From: Felis catus
Taxonomy: Eukaryota
Length of the DNA: 64,000 nucleotides
Assembly (NCBI RefSeq): GCF_018350175.1
Contig: NC_058368.1
Coordinates: 113,834,001-113,898,000, forward strand
Reading direction: 5' to 3'
Below are positions 38,061 through 51,875 of this stretch, in pieces. Position 1 is the stretch's first letter. Every line of letters starts with the position of its first letter. The translations under genes and the position numbers were made by a program. The notes beneath the pieces were generated by a model. It was not told where the DNA came from. It did no database searches and saw nothing but the letters and a program-made list of their open reading frames with translations.

Positions 38061-40725
38061 GAGTCCAAGCTCTGATTCTGGGAATCTGAATCTCTTTCTA
38101 GCCTCTTTCTCTGTCTGTAGAATGGGAATGTTAAGAGGAATAATCACTACCATTAATAAATTACCCACTCTGCATGTTACACATGCACCAGCCATTGTAC
38201 TGAGAAAGGGCCCATTGTATACAATAGGTAGAAACCTACTGTACAAAAAACAGTACCTGCCTTGGACACCTCACTGGGCTTTTTTGAGAATCAAAAATTC
38301 CTTGAAATTCCTTAGGAACATAAATAGTTACACATGTGCTACTAAATCCCACATTCTGTGGAGTCAGTGGGATCAAAGCCAGGAAGATTATGTACTCCTA
38401 GAGCCAGAAGTAAACTGGGGACACATGCCCTCAACCCCACGCAGGGGGAGGGAGGAGGGAGGAAACAAAAGGGACTTAAACACAGTTGTACCAAATAGAA
38501 AGCAGCCCAGGAGCTGCGGGTAGACCAAGCTCCTTCTGCGCTGGTTTGCATAGGGGCCTCCTTCAGAAGGTGAACCCCAGGGATACCCCCAGACCAGACA
38601 AAACCCTGGGACAGAGAGCCCAGCTCTCTTCTTGTGTCTTTCCTCCCTCCACTTGCACTCCTAGCTCGTAGTGACCTGCGTGCTGTCAGGATGTCCTCTG
38701 TAGTCACTGCAGGAGACGGGGTCTCTTATTCAAGAAGCTGTTCTGCTAGGCGCAGGCTCCCTGGGGCCTCGAGTGTCTGCCTTCAATGTTTTTGGGCTTT
38801 GCCAAGTAATCTTCTCCACAAGCTCACAAAAGTGATGTCAGCATCCGTATTTTACCGTTGGAGGCACTGATGCTGAGAGGTAGACACTGGCTCGAGGCCA
38901 CAGCATCACCTTTCGGGAGGCTGCATGTGAATCTGTGTCTCCTCTAACGCTTCTGGTCTGAACCACTAGGCTGACTTGTCTTCTGCCAATTTAAGAAATG
39001 GTTCCCTCTCACTCCATCTCCCTCTGGGTCTCTGCGTCTGGATTTCTGTATGAGTGGCATCTCTGGCTGTGTGCTTGCACGTGTGCGTGTGCATGGGCAC
39101 ATACAGGCATCTTTCTCATGATGTTTCTCTCCCTGTCTCTTTGTGTGTCTCATTCTCTTCTTGCTCGGTGGGAATCTCACACCCCTTTCCCAAGTGTCTA
39201 TGAGTCTGTCCCCCGTTCTCTCTGGGTGCCCATGTTTCTCTCTCCTCCCCCACCCCAGCTCCCATTGGCACCCCATACTCTACCTGCTGTTTGCCACCAT
39301 TTGAGTACTCCTCACATGCCTTTCTTCCTCTCCTGTGACTATTTCCCGAGTGCTGAGACAGGCACTGGAGATGCAGACAAAGTCTAGCACGCCATGTCCT
39401 CTGGGGGCTAAAAATCCACTTTTCCAAATTTGGGGAAGGATCTGGCCAAGAGGCCGCCACTTGTCCCTTGGGTCTCTCTAGCTTCGAGATGAGCCTGACC
39501 CCTCTGAGCTGTCCATCAGTCACCTGGAACTGGGCAGAACCACTGACATGCTGAAGGATCCTGCAACTGTACAGTGTGTTAACCAGAGGGGAGCCCAGGT
39601 CCCTGAGGAGGTGGATTTAAGAACTGCAGCCAAGACAAGCCTCTAGGCACACTTACTAACAGGCTCACCTCCCATATGGTGAAGCCCAGCTCAGCTGGTT
39701 CTTTTACTCTTCAGATTGGACTCCTGGTGACCACAGTTACTCAAGAGGAGGAGCTGGAAAAGGCGCAAGGCAGAGCAGCCGACAGAAAATGTCCAGCCTC
39801 CAAAAGGCAACGCCACCTCCCTCAGAGGTTGTCACGGGGATTAAAGATCAAGTTCTAAAGCATTTAGCAGAGTGTCTGGTGTAAAATAAATACATCATCA
39901 GATGTGGCTACTGCTACTATCATCACACTAACAAATATGATTACTTACCATTAATAGAAAACGGGACATCGTTGGTCCAACTGGCCAGAAAAGTTGGGCT
40001 TCGGTATTCTTCTCGAGCCATGTTTGCACTTCACAAGGACGCCTAGGTGCTCCTTAGCACCTCCTCTTCCCCTCATTACCTCCTCAAGGCTGTAGGTAGC
40101 AATAGAGGACTAAGGACACGACCTCAGACAGCAACCAGTATCCTTGCTCCATCCCTCTGTACCACTGCTACCTCAAGCAAGTTACCTAACCACTCTGCAT
40201 CTCATATTTTCATTGGTGAAATGAAGACGATAATAGTAACTCAGAAGACCATGAGAAGGATTAAATGCGTTGAGAGAAGCCAAGCACTAAGAAAAGTGCC
40301 TGGCACATAATAAATACTCAATAAATAAATTTTGTTATTTCATATATGTTGATATTTTATAAACATTCAAAAGTTGTACAAATTTAATAAAATATAACTA
40401 ACATTCGTATACTTGATAATCAAAACATAACACCTGTAAAATCTCCAGGTCTTATAACAAACTTTAAAAAATAGATGTTTATTTGTAGCCAAATCTCTGT
40501 TTCCTCTTTCCTGTGCCTGAGACCAGCCCACCCACCTGACATATCACTGGACAGTTGCCCACACCACCCAACACCTACTGAAGGGACTGGCCTCTCTGAG
40601 CCTCACTGAAGAAGGGCCTCATCTGAAGATTCATGGGAATAAGTCTGTCCTTTTCATGTCTGAGACACAGTGGACAGTCCGGACTATAGAAATTAAATAC
40701 TGAGAAAAGTTTTCACAGTTCAGAT

Positions 40726-40731
40726 TTTATT
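40726..40731 (-). terminator. Probable distal polyadenylation signal of KLHL3
   Basis: tttatt on plus = AATAAA on minus, followed by U-rich sequence. Alternatives at 41071-41076 and 40478-40483. Confidence 0.6.
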
Positions 40732-43700
40732 AAAATTAAAGTCACATAGAGTATGGGAAACTAGAACTTGATTCCTGTTAAAATAATACATTTGAGTAAC
40801 AGTTTTTTCAGCTATCACTGTAACTGATGGAGCACATGATGAGCGTTCTTTTACAAGATATATGGTCTCTAACATCCTAGCAGAGAATACCAAAGCAAGG
40901 ACCTTACGGATGCAATGTGTTAACAGGCTGTTAGTCATCAAGTCTGCCTGCCTATGGACAACCACATGGACAGAGCACCCACACAGACATACACATTCAG
41001 TGTCTTGAGTCTTCTTTCGAAGTATTTCCTACATCATATACAAATTAAACAAGAAGTCCAACAAGGGTCCTTTATTGCCACCATAAAGGGGGGGAAAAAT
41101 TTTCAATCTCAAGCAGAGGCAAGAATATAGTACTAGGGCAATTTGTTTCTTCAAATGCCACAGTCACATGCATTCCTGCCTGGGTTGATGCCACACCCAC
41201 ACGTCACTCAGCCACATGACAAAGGCTGTGCAGGGGCTACGAGGTTGTGATTATCCACAATGGAAGAAGTCTCTTCCATTCCCAAATGTCCAAAGTGCTG
41301 CTGGCTCACCTGCTTGGTCACACAGCACACACAGCACAGCTAAACATGAGGGGCTTAGGACTCTAAATAGTGCAAACACTTAAAAAAATAATAATACATT
41401 CCAACCTCCTTGCTTCTCCAGGCAAACAAAGCCTTAAAAACTCAAGCTTAGAATATGAGTTTGCTCAACCTCCCAACCTGATCCAACAAGGTGCAAATGG
41501 GGAGCATGGAGGCAATTAAAATGGCACCTGTCCCGATAATAATAAAAATAAAGATTTTTTTTTTAAATGAGGCTAATGGCAGATAAATACACAAAGTAGA
41601 GCCTGGGAGTACAGACACAGCTCAAGAAACAAGTTTCAGGTGTAGTGTGAGCATTTGTAAAGCATATGCTAAACACATTCTTAAAGATCATGAAGAGTGA
41701 CCCCTCATTTAAAGTTCACAGACAAGGTACTTCCAAAAGGGACATCATCCAGCAACAAAGGCCTTTAGCTGGTAGAAGCTTCAGAAGAACGAGGAGATCG
41801 AAAAGAATGAGGACTGGATTGCTGGACCTAGGAAACCCTTGGGAGTCTGTACTGGAGGGCAGGGCTTTCTCTGGAGCGTCTCCACCATGCCACAGTGCAC
41901 CCAGCTTAGTGCCAGGCAGTGACAGCCACCAGGAGATGGGCCAACCAGCCTCACCCCTGCAGAGAAAGCCAACTCCAAAAAAAGTGGACAGGCAATCTAG
42001 ATGGCTAATTGCCAAGTCAGGCTAAACATTAGTCCCTAAGCAATTCAAGAAACACCAGTGACTGAGTTTTCTGGCACTCTCCCTTGAATATGGTCTGAAA
42101 AAGAGGACTCAAAGTCAAAGAGACTCATCTCTGGAGAACTACTGAAAAATCAGTTTTTGGAGAGTGGGAAACAAAGGGAAAATAGCTACAGCCATGAACT
42201 ATGATAGTGAATGACTAATGGAACAGAACATTTTATCATCATGGATAATAAAAATCAATTCAAATATCCTAAAAAATTATCTTATAAAAATATCTACATT
42301 AAAATTTTAGCCTGAAAGCTTTAGCTTCAATTTTATAAAAAGGCAATCTTTGAAAGGATCTGGCTCAGGAATATACAAACATTACACAACAGATATCAAA
42401 GTAAGAGAGCTCAAAAAGCATGCTGGGGGATATTGCAACTGGTTTGTCATGAAAGAGAATTAAGTATTCTTATTGCATAGCAGAAAATGAGGTCACTGTC
42501 ATTTGCATAATACTGCAACTTTTTAGAAAGAAAGATGCCATTAGGTACTTAGGAGAAAGAACTTTGGAATTCAGAGTCTGACTTCCATGTTGTCCAAATC
42601 AGTATCCAAGTGGCGTCTAAGCTGCTTCTAACCTTGGGCTGCAATTCCATTTCATTACTGTGATCAGCTTTCAGATTTACCAGCGGCAAAGTTGCATTCA
42701 CAAGCAGTTGGCAGCCACCCCGATGCGGGGGTGAAGGGTTCACCTACCACATGGCCAGCACAGACTTGAAAACAAGTTTGTTGTGTCCACTAGAGAGAGA
42801 ATCGTACCTGGTGATAAAGAGACAGCAGGTTTTAAATGGCATCTGTGGGCAGCCAGAGCAGACTGGCTTTTTGGTGGTGACATACCAGTGATCTAGTCCC
42901 CGTGAGAAAGGACACGCGAGGATGAAATGAACATGGCCTCAGCGGTACTACCAGCAGGGGACAGTGCTTCCGGAAAGGGAGATGGGAGGTGGAACCAATA
43001 GCAAAACTCCGAAAGCAGAAAACAGGGCTGGCTAGCTCTCAGGGAAGATGAAAAACATAATGTCCCCCACAAAAGCATGGAAGTCCAGCTCCTGGGTGTT
43101 GGGAAATGGGTGGGAAGTACACCTTTAATCTGAAGTCGGGAGCTGTGTGAATAGCACATATCGGACCCCAACCCCCAACCTCATCCCCACCGCACACCAT
43201 AACAAAGTCCCAAACCTTCCTCTGACAGGGAGGAAGAACAATTGCAACAAACGCTCATTCCATCAGCTTCCAAGCCAGAGCCAGGCAGGGCTCTGAAACC
43301 AGCCATCTCCAGGGCCAGCTGAGAACACAGCACCCAACTGAAGGCATGCTTTGATTGCTTTAGAGACATTTCCTCCAGGCCCAACAAAGCTACTGGTAGT
43401 TTAGCCTCTTCCCAAAGCCGCTAAACATTCTGGATGCCTTGGTGCTGCTCTCCAAATGTCTCACTGAAATAACATCCGCTCAACATCGGAAGACATTTCT
43501 TCTTCAGGAAAGTTGAGTGTTTAGTGCACAAAAAATATACAGTAAATACACAAAGCAGCCAACCAGCTAGGGAGGCTAGTGGCTTTCTAACTGCAGGGGT
43601 GAGCTGGGGGGAAGCCAGTCTCCTGCAGTATCTGCTTGGAAGTACCCCAGGTATATCAGAAGTCTAACATCAGGTTTCAGAAAGCCCTTTGGCTCCTGTA

Positions 43701-43825
43701 AGTGGGCCCCAAATCAGGGAGGGTTAAACTCCAGCCCCCACGGTGTGACACAACTTTCCAGACACAAGGCCTTCCCTCCTGATGCCACAAATTCCAACAT
43801 AAACGACTTGCTCCTTTAGGAAAGG

Positions 43826-43867
43826 CTTTTTCTTTCTTTCTCTTTCTTTCCTCTTTCTTTCTTTCTG

Positions 43868-43907
<40 letters not shown>

Positions 43908-43985
43908 TTTCCTTCCTTCCTTCCTTCCTTCCTTCCTTCCTTCCTTCCTTCCTTCCTTCCTTTTTCTTTTCTTTTTCTTTCTTTC
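43826..43985. repeat. Compound (TTTC)n(TTCC)n microsatellite inside the KLHL3 3' UTR
   Basis: ~160 bp almost pure pyrimidine on plus. Confidence 0.97.
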
Positions 43986-44397
43986 AATGAAAATGATTCC
44001 ATATGCCCTTAAATATCTGCCCCCTCCAGATGCTTGGAAGTCCTGCCATTAATTTTTACCTGTGAATTATCAAAGCTCTTATCAAGCTCCTCTTTTAAAA
44101 TGTAAATATCCCTGAGAGAGATCACTCATCCAGGGCATTTACCACCATCTCCTCCCTCAGGAAAAACAAGGAGGGGAGGATTCCGAAGGATGGAGAAAGG
44201 GTACAGGCCCTGGAACAGGGGGAGAGCACAAGAAAAGGAAGATGAGGACATTGGACAGACTTGGCCAATTGACCACTGCCATCAAGTGCTGAGGGCCAGC
44301 CCCAGCTGATATATACTCCTTTGAAGTCATCCGTGTCCACCTAAATCACACATGACCCCACCCAAAGCAGGGGCAAAACTATCTTTGGGTTTGGAGG

Positions 44398-44535
44398 TAG
44401 GATGACCCTTTATTTATCCTCCAAACCAGAACACTTTTGAGAGTAAAATGGGATGCTGTGAATAATTAAGCCTAGATAACCAGTATATATGGGGGTCTGT
44501 CTTATCACAGGAAAACTCAGAAATAGGATCCACTC
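44398..44535 (+). mobile_element. MER94-like hAT-Blackjack DNA transposon relic in the 3' UTR
   Basis: taggatgacc...atttatcctccaaaccagaacacttttgagagtaaaa...aataatta resembles the recalled MER94 consensus. Confidence 0.7.
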
Positions 44536-45377
44536 AGACCATTTTAGGCAGGAACTACCTTACCACTTTGGTTTGTTGTTTTGTTTTTGTTTTTGATGTA
44601 TATATAGATTTTTTTTTTCTCCAGTGTCACTCAGGGCTTCTCCAAAGAGCTAGTTTTCCCAGCTGAAGAGACACAAACTCTCCTTAACCTGAATCCACGC
44701 ATCAAAGACCAGTGGCCCAAGGATTAGGCAGTTGTCATCTGCTTCCTGGAGCAGAGCCCAGGGAGGAGCTGGGGAACCCATCTGTTCCCAGTTCTAGCAC
44801 AAAGAGGGCATGGTACAGATTCAAGAATGCCCAGCTCTTTTGCAGACAGTGCCAGTAGTCAAGGCCAGTATGTGGGCATGGTCAGGGCAATGCCCCTCTC
44901 ACCAGTTGCTTCTGGACATTTCTGGCCTCCAGAAGACAGCAGCTTTAGTCATCTCAGGGTTCCCACGGGGCAAATCCAGAAGAGAGGTTTCTGTGATTTG
45001 ATTTTTAGCATAGAAGGATCAGTAGTAAAGAAATCCAGTAGATTGTCACACATCCCCAACTTAGTGAAACACCATGGTCTACACACATACACACACACGC
45101 ACATATACACACACTTCAGGGTCTCAGGTATTCCCATAGAAACACACATAAAAAGCCCGAAGGTGCTGGAGCTGTCAGGAACCCACTGCTCAGGGAGGAG
45201 GCAGGTCACCAGCCTTCACACTGGACGCACTTTGCCACATTGCCACATGGGAGGAGGGCACTTCAGGCTCCACCGCAGACTCTCGCAGCAAGTGGCCCCC
45301 CAGCATCATGGTGCTGCCGTTGTCAGTCACAGGCAGCACCCCTCCCCTCCCACACCTCCTGGCAGTGGGAGTTGGGG

Positions 45378-45406
45378 TCACAAGGGTTTGTGAATCACAG
45401 CAACAC
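45378..45406 (-). CDS. KLHL3: KLHL3 last coding segment (exon 15 equivalent) with TGA stop
   Basis: After a polypyrimidine tract and ttag|: GT GTT GCT GTG ATT CAC AAA CCC TTG TGA = (G)VAVIHKPL*; phase fits the previous exon. Confidence 0.94.
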
Positions 45407-46047
45407 CTAAGATGAAGAGGAGAGAGAGTTAGCAACTTAGCTTCTCCAAAGTTATTCAGAGTCCCAAGGAGTTCATGAGTCCAAGCCATCCCAAGGGCCC
45501 CAGGCAACGGAAAGGGGCATGTTTGTATCCAAACACGGAAGGGCCTGTGGACTCAGGCTGCCGGCCAGTGGCTGGCACTTTCCCACTCTCATGGCCAACT
45601 CCCAGCAAGATACTTGAACTCACAAGCACAGTCCTTCAACACCACAGGTTAGTGGTCTCCCACCCCCAGCCCCTGCATCATCACATGTACACAGTTTCTA
45701 TGGTAACAACTCTTTTCCCGATCCCAGGACTCAGCTGACAAACATTCAGCACCTTCACCAGACCCCCAGAGGCGGCTCCACAGATCTACATCTGTATCAC
45801 TGTAAGAGAAGTGACAGTGATTCGTACCTACTTTTAGGAGACACTGAATATGAAGTGAAAAGAACACTGGACTGACTTCATGGAAGTAAGATAAACCGAA
45901 TTCCACTTGTAGCTCTGCCACCACTCAAGCTGCACTCCGGCCTCAGGCAAGTCCATTTACCTCTTTAGGCTCAGCTCCCATACTATTTAAGGTCACCCAA
46001 CTGAAAGACCCCTCTAAGGCTAAATTCTACTTGGAAAAACACTCCAA

Positions 46048-46250
46048 GGGTGCCTCAAAGCAGGGCTCAGTCGGTTAAGCTTCCAACTCTTGATTTTGGC
46101 TCAGGTCATTATCTCACAGTTCTTGGGATCAAGTGTCACATCAGGTTCTGTTGCTGACAGCTTGGAGCCTGCGTGGGATTCTCTCTCTCTGCCCCTCCCC
46201 CACTCTCACACGTGATCTCTCTCAAAATAAATAAATAAACTTAAAAAAAA
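46048..46250 (+). mobile_element. Can-SINE in the last KLHL3 intron, antisense to the gene
   Basis: ggctcagtcggttaagc head, CT tract, aataaa/A tail. Confidence 0.9.
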
Positions 46251-46329
46251 CCAAACCAGACATGTCTGTGTGTGTTAACGGTTTTAGCCAAGTTGAACCA
46301 TCCTCCACAGCTAACTTTGTGAATCCACA

Positions 46330-46770
46330 GATGACCCTAGAATCTCTGTAATGTGGCAGATACCGTCGCTTGATTCATCCAACTTCCCTTCTCCATGCTG
46401 TCCTCTATTGTAGAGAATAGCACCGTACACACTCAGCTTCCCAGACTCCCTTGCAGCAGGAAGTGCCATGTGACCCAGTCCCGGCTAAGACCATGGTCAA
46501 TGCACATCTGCCAGTGCTGCAGCTGTGCCTGTGTCCCTTGTCCCACCTCAGAGGATGCTTACATAGGGCCCAAGGCAGCAGCGGCAACTACTGGTATAGC
46601 TGGCAAAAGAGAAAAGGGAGGAGAAACCTGGTTCTCCAACGACAGTCTGAGCCCCTTGGCCAGCCCTAGACTTCTTTCTGCCTAAGACAAATAACATGCC
46701 TTCCTTATTTAAGCAAGAACCTGTCAGTTTTTCTGATATCTGCAACTGAACAAAACCCTAATTTACAGGT
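46330..46770 (+). mobile_element. MLT1K/L-like MaLR LTR remnant
   Basis: ttcccagactcccttgcagcagg...ccatgtgacccagt...; ttatttaagc...tgcaactgaacaaaaccctaat. Confidence 0.55.
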
Positions 46771-49360
46771 AAGGTCTACTGGTACAGCGTAACTAGAGCC
46801 TCACTTCAACATATTCCCATGGCTATAAAATCTGGTTGCAGATGAGATTGAGAGAACAATGCTAAAAGAAATGCCAGGATACCCATGTGGTGAGATTGTG
46901 CTAAGATATCCATTGCATATGAATTCTGGATAAAGGTGAAGGCAGAAAAGCTCTGAGGTGGGCAACAGCAGAGTCTCCAGACCCAGATGGGCTGCCTGAC
47001 CCTGAGAACATCTTACATGCACCTCAGGAATCTCTTTCATAATGCAGCGTTTTTTTTTTTTAAGTAGGTTCCTATATTGTTTTTATATAAACTTCTTTCG
47101 ATTATAAAGTAAAATATTATCATTATGGGAAATTTGGAAAATGCAGAAGAACACAAGGAAAAGAAATTTTCTAATCCCTTCATACAAAAAGAATCACCAT
47201 TTAAAAAATTTTCTTTATGTTTTTTTTAATGTTTTTTGGACTATTTCCTGGCTTCTAAAAATAATCCTGATCATTTACCAAGGGGATGCTACGTGCCAGG
47301 GAAGGCACAGTACTAAGTGTTCCACGTATTACCGCACACAAGTTGTAAGAGATGTGGTATGATTTTATTCTCATTTTACAAATGAGAATACAAGAGGTTC
47401 ACTCAGACCGATTACCCACCCCAGAGTCTCCAGGGCAAGTAGCAGAACTGGAACTCAAATTCAGATCTGATTCCAATATCCATTTGTTTAGGTGGTAGCT
47501 CTTCAAACACCCGTGACCCCAGGACTACCTGAGTGAGCTCAAGTGGTACATACTTTGTGCATTCTCCCTTTTTAACCTAACAGCCTGTCACAAACATGTT
47601 CTTATGACATTAAGAACACTTCCACTGTAAAAATATTCCACAGTTTAACTACTTCCGGATGGCAGACACTAAGTAGCTCTCTGCCCTCTGCTATCATAAA
47701 TAATACTCCAAACAATAACTATCCATAAATCTCTGCATTTCAGACCATTTCTTTAGATTCTTAAAAAAAAAATGGATTCACTCAGTCAATGGACTTTAAC
47801 ACAAATTGCACGTTTGCTTGTATCCTTCTCACCTGCTTCTAGAGGGGACAGACAATAAAGGAGTGGACATGAAATATTCAGAACATATATGAAATTCTAA
47901 CCACTTATACCTAAACCTTCCCCTCTCATTAAGGCCCAATAAGAGCCAAGGGAGGGTCCCTGACTGGCCTTGCTGCCTCGTACTCGAAAATGCCCTGGTC
48001 TTGCCACTACAGCTTTGAAAAGAAAATGAAAGTACTGGTTTTAATAATTAATCTTGAGAAAAGAATCACTCACTCTAAGACCAAAATAACTCTAGCATCT
48101 TTTATATTTAGTTGAGAAAAATCCTACACGAGGAAAAAAAATAAATTAAGTTTGCTGCAATTGAGGACCTGTCTTGACAAAATGTGATAGGAGCCCCTTT
48201 AAGCCTGCATGGTACAATCTTCCTCTGCACAGAAATCCAAACAAGACAGAGTGATTGACCTTCTAATATAAAAAGGGAATAAGAATGCTGTTGGAGTCGT
48301 GGGGTAGACTAAAGGAGATAGTGGTTGTAGAATACGTAGGGTAATGCCTGGCATGTTCGTCTGTGCTCAGTAAATAACTGTTAGCCCTAACTATTCCACT
48401 TCCTGGAAGACGAGATACAAGGAGCAGGGCTACATGCCCTTGCCATCAGCAGTACCCACTGTGGTCCGACCTCCCAGGCCTCACCAAACCCATCACACAC
48501 TCCCCAGGAATGAGCCTCTACATTGGCTTCATTCCTATTCCTCCCTCCAGCCTCATGCCCGGAATAGTTTCTCCCTCTCAGCTGGGGTAGTACAAAGGAC
48601 ATGGGCTCAGGAGTCAGACTGGAGTCTGAATTCTGACTTTGCCATTTTTTTTAAAACCAGGTGGTCTTGGGCAGGTTCCTTAAGACTCTCCAAACCTCAA
48701 TTTCATCATCTATAAAATGGAAAGATACAGTCCCATTCATCCAGAAGGTTCTTGAAAAGATGACAGCAAATGTACACGCTGTACCAAACACATTGCCCTG
48801 TGGTACAGGGAGGGAGCACCTGGCAAAGGGCAGCGAGCTGTATGATGGGAGCCCCCCCCAAAGTTTAATCATGCCCCATTTCCTCCAGGAAGTTGTCACC
48901 TGTTGTGTCCTAAAATATGTACAGCAGAACACATTCTATTTAGAAGTTTATGTGGACATCACCCTGTATGTCCTATTTCATGTAGACAGACCTTATCTTT
49001 CCAATTAAACTTGTGTAAGGCAAGAACTGTATCTTACTCTATCTAGGAGCCCAGAAATGGCAATGAAATTCTAAAACCTCTTATGACAAATCAGAGTAGT
49101 TGGAAGCGGCTCCCTGGAACACAGGTGTCAAAGAGAATTCTGGGGCTACCTTCAGGTTCGCTGGGGGAAAACAGTGCTAATTATGGGTATGTGTCATGGG
49201 CACAGAATGGAAGAGTGGTGGGTGACATGTGACAATTATCTGCCCTCTCTGGAGAAGGCGCTTAGTCCCAAGTTCAGCAAACTCACCTCCACCCCCACCC
49301 CACACCCTCTGCGTAGGGGTGGGGTGAGATGAGGGTGGAGTCGGAGTGAAGTGCACTGAC

Positions 49361-49504
49361 CTGCGTAGCTCCGCCCCGTGCTCATGTTGGTTGGCAGCAG
49401 CGTCCATTTGTCGATGACAGGGTTGTAGTACTCCACCGAAGCCAAATTGCAGGATCCATCATCCCCTCCAACCACATACAGGAGCCCATTCACTGCACAC
49501 ACCC
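49361..49504 (-). CDS. KLHL3: KLHL3 coding exon (exon 14 equivalent)
   Basis: (G)VCAVNGLLYVVGGDDGSCNLASVEYYNPVIDKWTLLPTNMSTGRSYA(G); 144 nt; cacag| and |gtcagt. Confidence 0.97.
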
Positions 49505-50085
49505 CTGTGAACCAGAGGCCAGAGGAGACATTACAGCAGGAGTCACCAGTGATGGGAATGGATGGGAGACAGATCTGGATGGCCCTGGAGGTGCTCCTCC
49601 TCCCCTTCAAGGTAGCTCCAGGAGCTGGTTCTTCGGTCTCATTGTGCTCAACCGAAGGACATGCTGACAACAGCCACTGGGCTCCGAGGATCCCCCTTTC
49701 TAAAAAGGGGGAATCACTGCTACATGTCCCATGGACAGTTCCTGGTCCCTGACCCTATCAGTACTTAGAGCTTACCAGGATGGGCCCCTCTCTACTGGAG
49801 CATTGCCTACTGGTGCATACAGACCTCTCATGCCCAGACTAAGGGAACCTCACCCACAGTACTACTGCTCTGCTTCTAAGTTTTCCCTGATAAATGCTGT
49901 TAGATCCCTCTTGTGTGGCTATGGCTACGTCTGTGATGCCTTTGCACTACTTAAGTCTAAATCCACACAAAGCTCCCAGGGACCAGGCATCCGTCCTGCT
50001 CTGATCTCACTGAGGGCTGGTTTGAGGGCAAGGTCTCATGCAGCAGGGACTCAAGGGTAGGAAACTGTTATTTTGCTCATCAAGA

Positions 50086-50288
50086 GCTCAGTCAGTTAAG
50101 TGTCCAACTTTGGCTCAGGTCATAATCTCGCGGTTTGGGAGTTCGAGCCCATTGTCAGGCTCTACGCTGAAAGCCTGGAGCCTGGAGCCTGCTTCAGATT
50201 CTTTTGTCTCCCTCTCTCTCTGCCCCTCCCCTGCTCATGCTCTGTATCTCTCTCTCTCAAAAATAAATATTTAAAAAAAATTTTTTTA
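50086..50288 (+). mobile_element. Slightly 5'-truncated Can-SINE, intronic, antisense to KLHL3
   Basis: gctcagtcagttaag...ctcaaaaataaat. Confidence 0.92.
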
Positions 50289-51734
50289 ATTAAGAGGCCA
50301 TAGTCCAACATACATGTCTTTTTTCAAAATGAGACTTAGGGGGTGGTGATGTTCAAAAAGTTGTAATTATAAGTACTGATGAAGATATATCTCAAACACT
50401 GGTGAGAAGATAAAATGTACCACTTTCCTGGATGGTAGTGAAAGCACGTATGCTCACTCAGGCTCAAAAATTTTACTTCTAGACTTTTATTCTGAAGAAA
50501 TAATTTTAGATGTGTGCACTGATTAGCCAAAGGACCATTTGTAATAACAAAAGCGTTACTGATAGAAAAGATGGAAATAAATGTCCAACAGTAGATTAGT
50601 TATTCAAATTATGATATAGCCATTTAAAATATCATGTAAATATATTTCATGTTATAATAAGTTATTCATGGAAGATTTTAAAGTGGATTGGAAAAGGAGA
50701 TTATAAAATAGCATCACAGTGTGATTCCACTTTTGCTATTAAAAAACAGAAATATCTGTATGTAAATGTGTACATATACACACATCTATTTTTGGACTCA
50801 AGACACACTAGCTGTGTTAGGTAATCCCTCGAGTGTCTATAATCTCTTGCTCATGTGGTTTAAGGCCAAGTGCCAAGTTACATCATGGCGGGCTTAGGCA
50901 ATGGGCAAATTAATAACTCTCCTCTGTTTACACTTTCAACATGTGAGCTACAAATGAATTTAGCAAACTGGTAACTTGATATAAAGGAAATAAATCTGCC
51001 AGAAAGTCACCTAGTTGTCTTTCCAGCCTGGGAAGCTAAGCTAAGTCAACACTTTCATAGAGTAAAGAGGATAAAGTAAGATATAATAACAAAGGACCCG
51101 AGCCAGAAGACAAAGTTGTCAAAGGAAATATAGTTTAATAGGGATGTCAGGCTCCCGGAATAAAAATCTAAACCCTCTAAGATAAATCATTCCCACAGGA
51201 AAGAAAAGGGGAAGGGACAGAGAGACAGAAGCACAAAGCAAGGAAAATGGGAAGTGTTCCCACCAGAGAATGAATAAGGGGACTGGTTGCCCCTAAAAGG
51301 AAGGAGATGGGTTTCAGGTGGGAAGTGAGGGGTTCTCAGAACCAGGTAGTGGCAAAGAAAAGATAGAAGCAAGCATCATTGCCTGACCATGTCCACACAG
51401 CCTTGTGCTTAGCTACCCAACAGAGCCATTGGACAGGGGGCTTTGACGGTAATCAGAGGGCTTTTCTGGGTCTGTGTCCATGTGTGCACAAAGTCATCAC
51501 CCTTTGTTGGAAGAGGAAGAACCCCCTGCATCTACATAGGGGACCCTGTGGCTAGCTTTTGTGGTCCCTGGCTCTCCCCTCTCCCAGCCCAGAGCCCAGC
51601 TGGCAAAGGGATATTCCTGTGTGAGGTACAAGCTTGGGCCCAGGTTCTGGGAGTCTCTCCCTTCTGCTTTTCTTTTGGAGCTAGTGTTCACTCCCAAACC
51701 CCGCAAGGACAGAAGGAAAGAGTGGTCATATTAC

Positions 51735-51875
51735 CTGCGTTGCGCCTGCACATGTTCATGTCCGCCACCTGCTTCCAGGTGTTTGTTCCAGGATCATAAA
51801 CTTCAACACTTTTCCTCACCAGGGGCCCGTCATGCCCGCCTGTGGCATACAGCTGTCCACTGAGGACCCCGACCC
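51735..51875 (-). CDS. KLHL3: KLHL3 coding exon (exon 13 equivalent); absent from the supplied ORF track
   Basis: Manual translation (G)VGVLSGQLYATGGHDGPLVRKSVEVYDPGTNTWKQVADMNMCRRNA(G); 141 nt; ttcag| and |gtaata. Confidence 0.97.

Larger units (their letters stand above)
40705..45377 (-). other. KLHL3: KLHL3 long 3' UTR (end approximate)
   Basis: Largely repeat-poor sequence from the stop to an AATAAA at 40726-40731 (minus); length agrees with the multi-kb UTR recalled for human KLHL3. Confidence 0.7.

Noticed and set aside
1..40000. SPOCK1 or other coding exons in the left part
   Set aside because: No ORF resembles a known non-repeat protein and there is no CpG island.
44827..45393. 188-aa plus-strand ORF antisense to the KLHL3 3' end
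   Set aside because: No recognisable domain, runs through CA-repeat-like sequence; likely chance.
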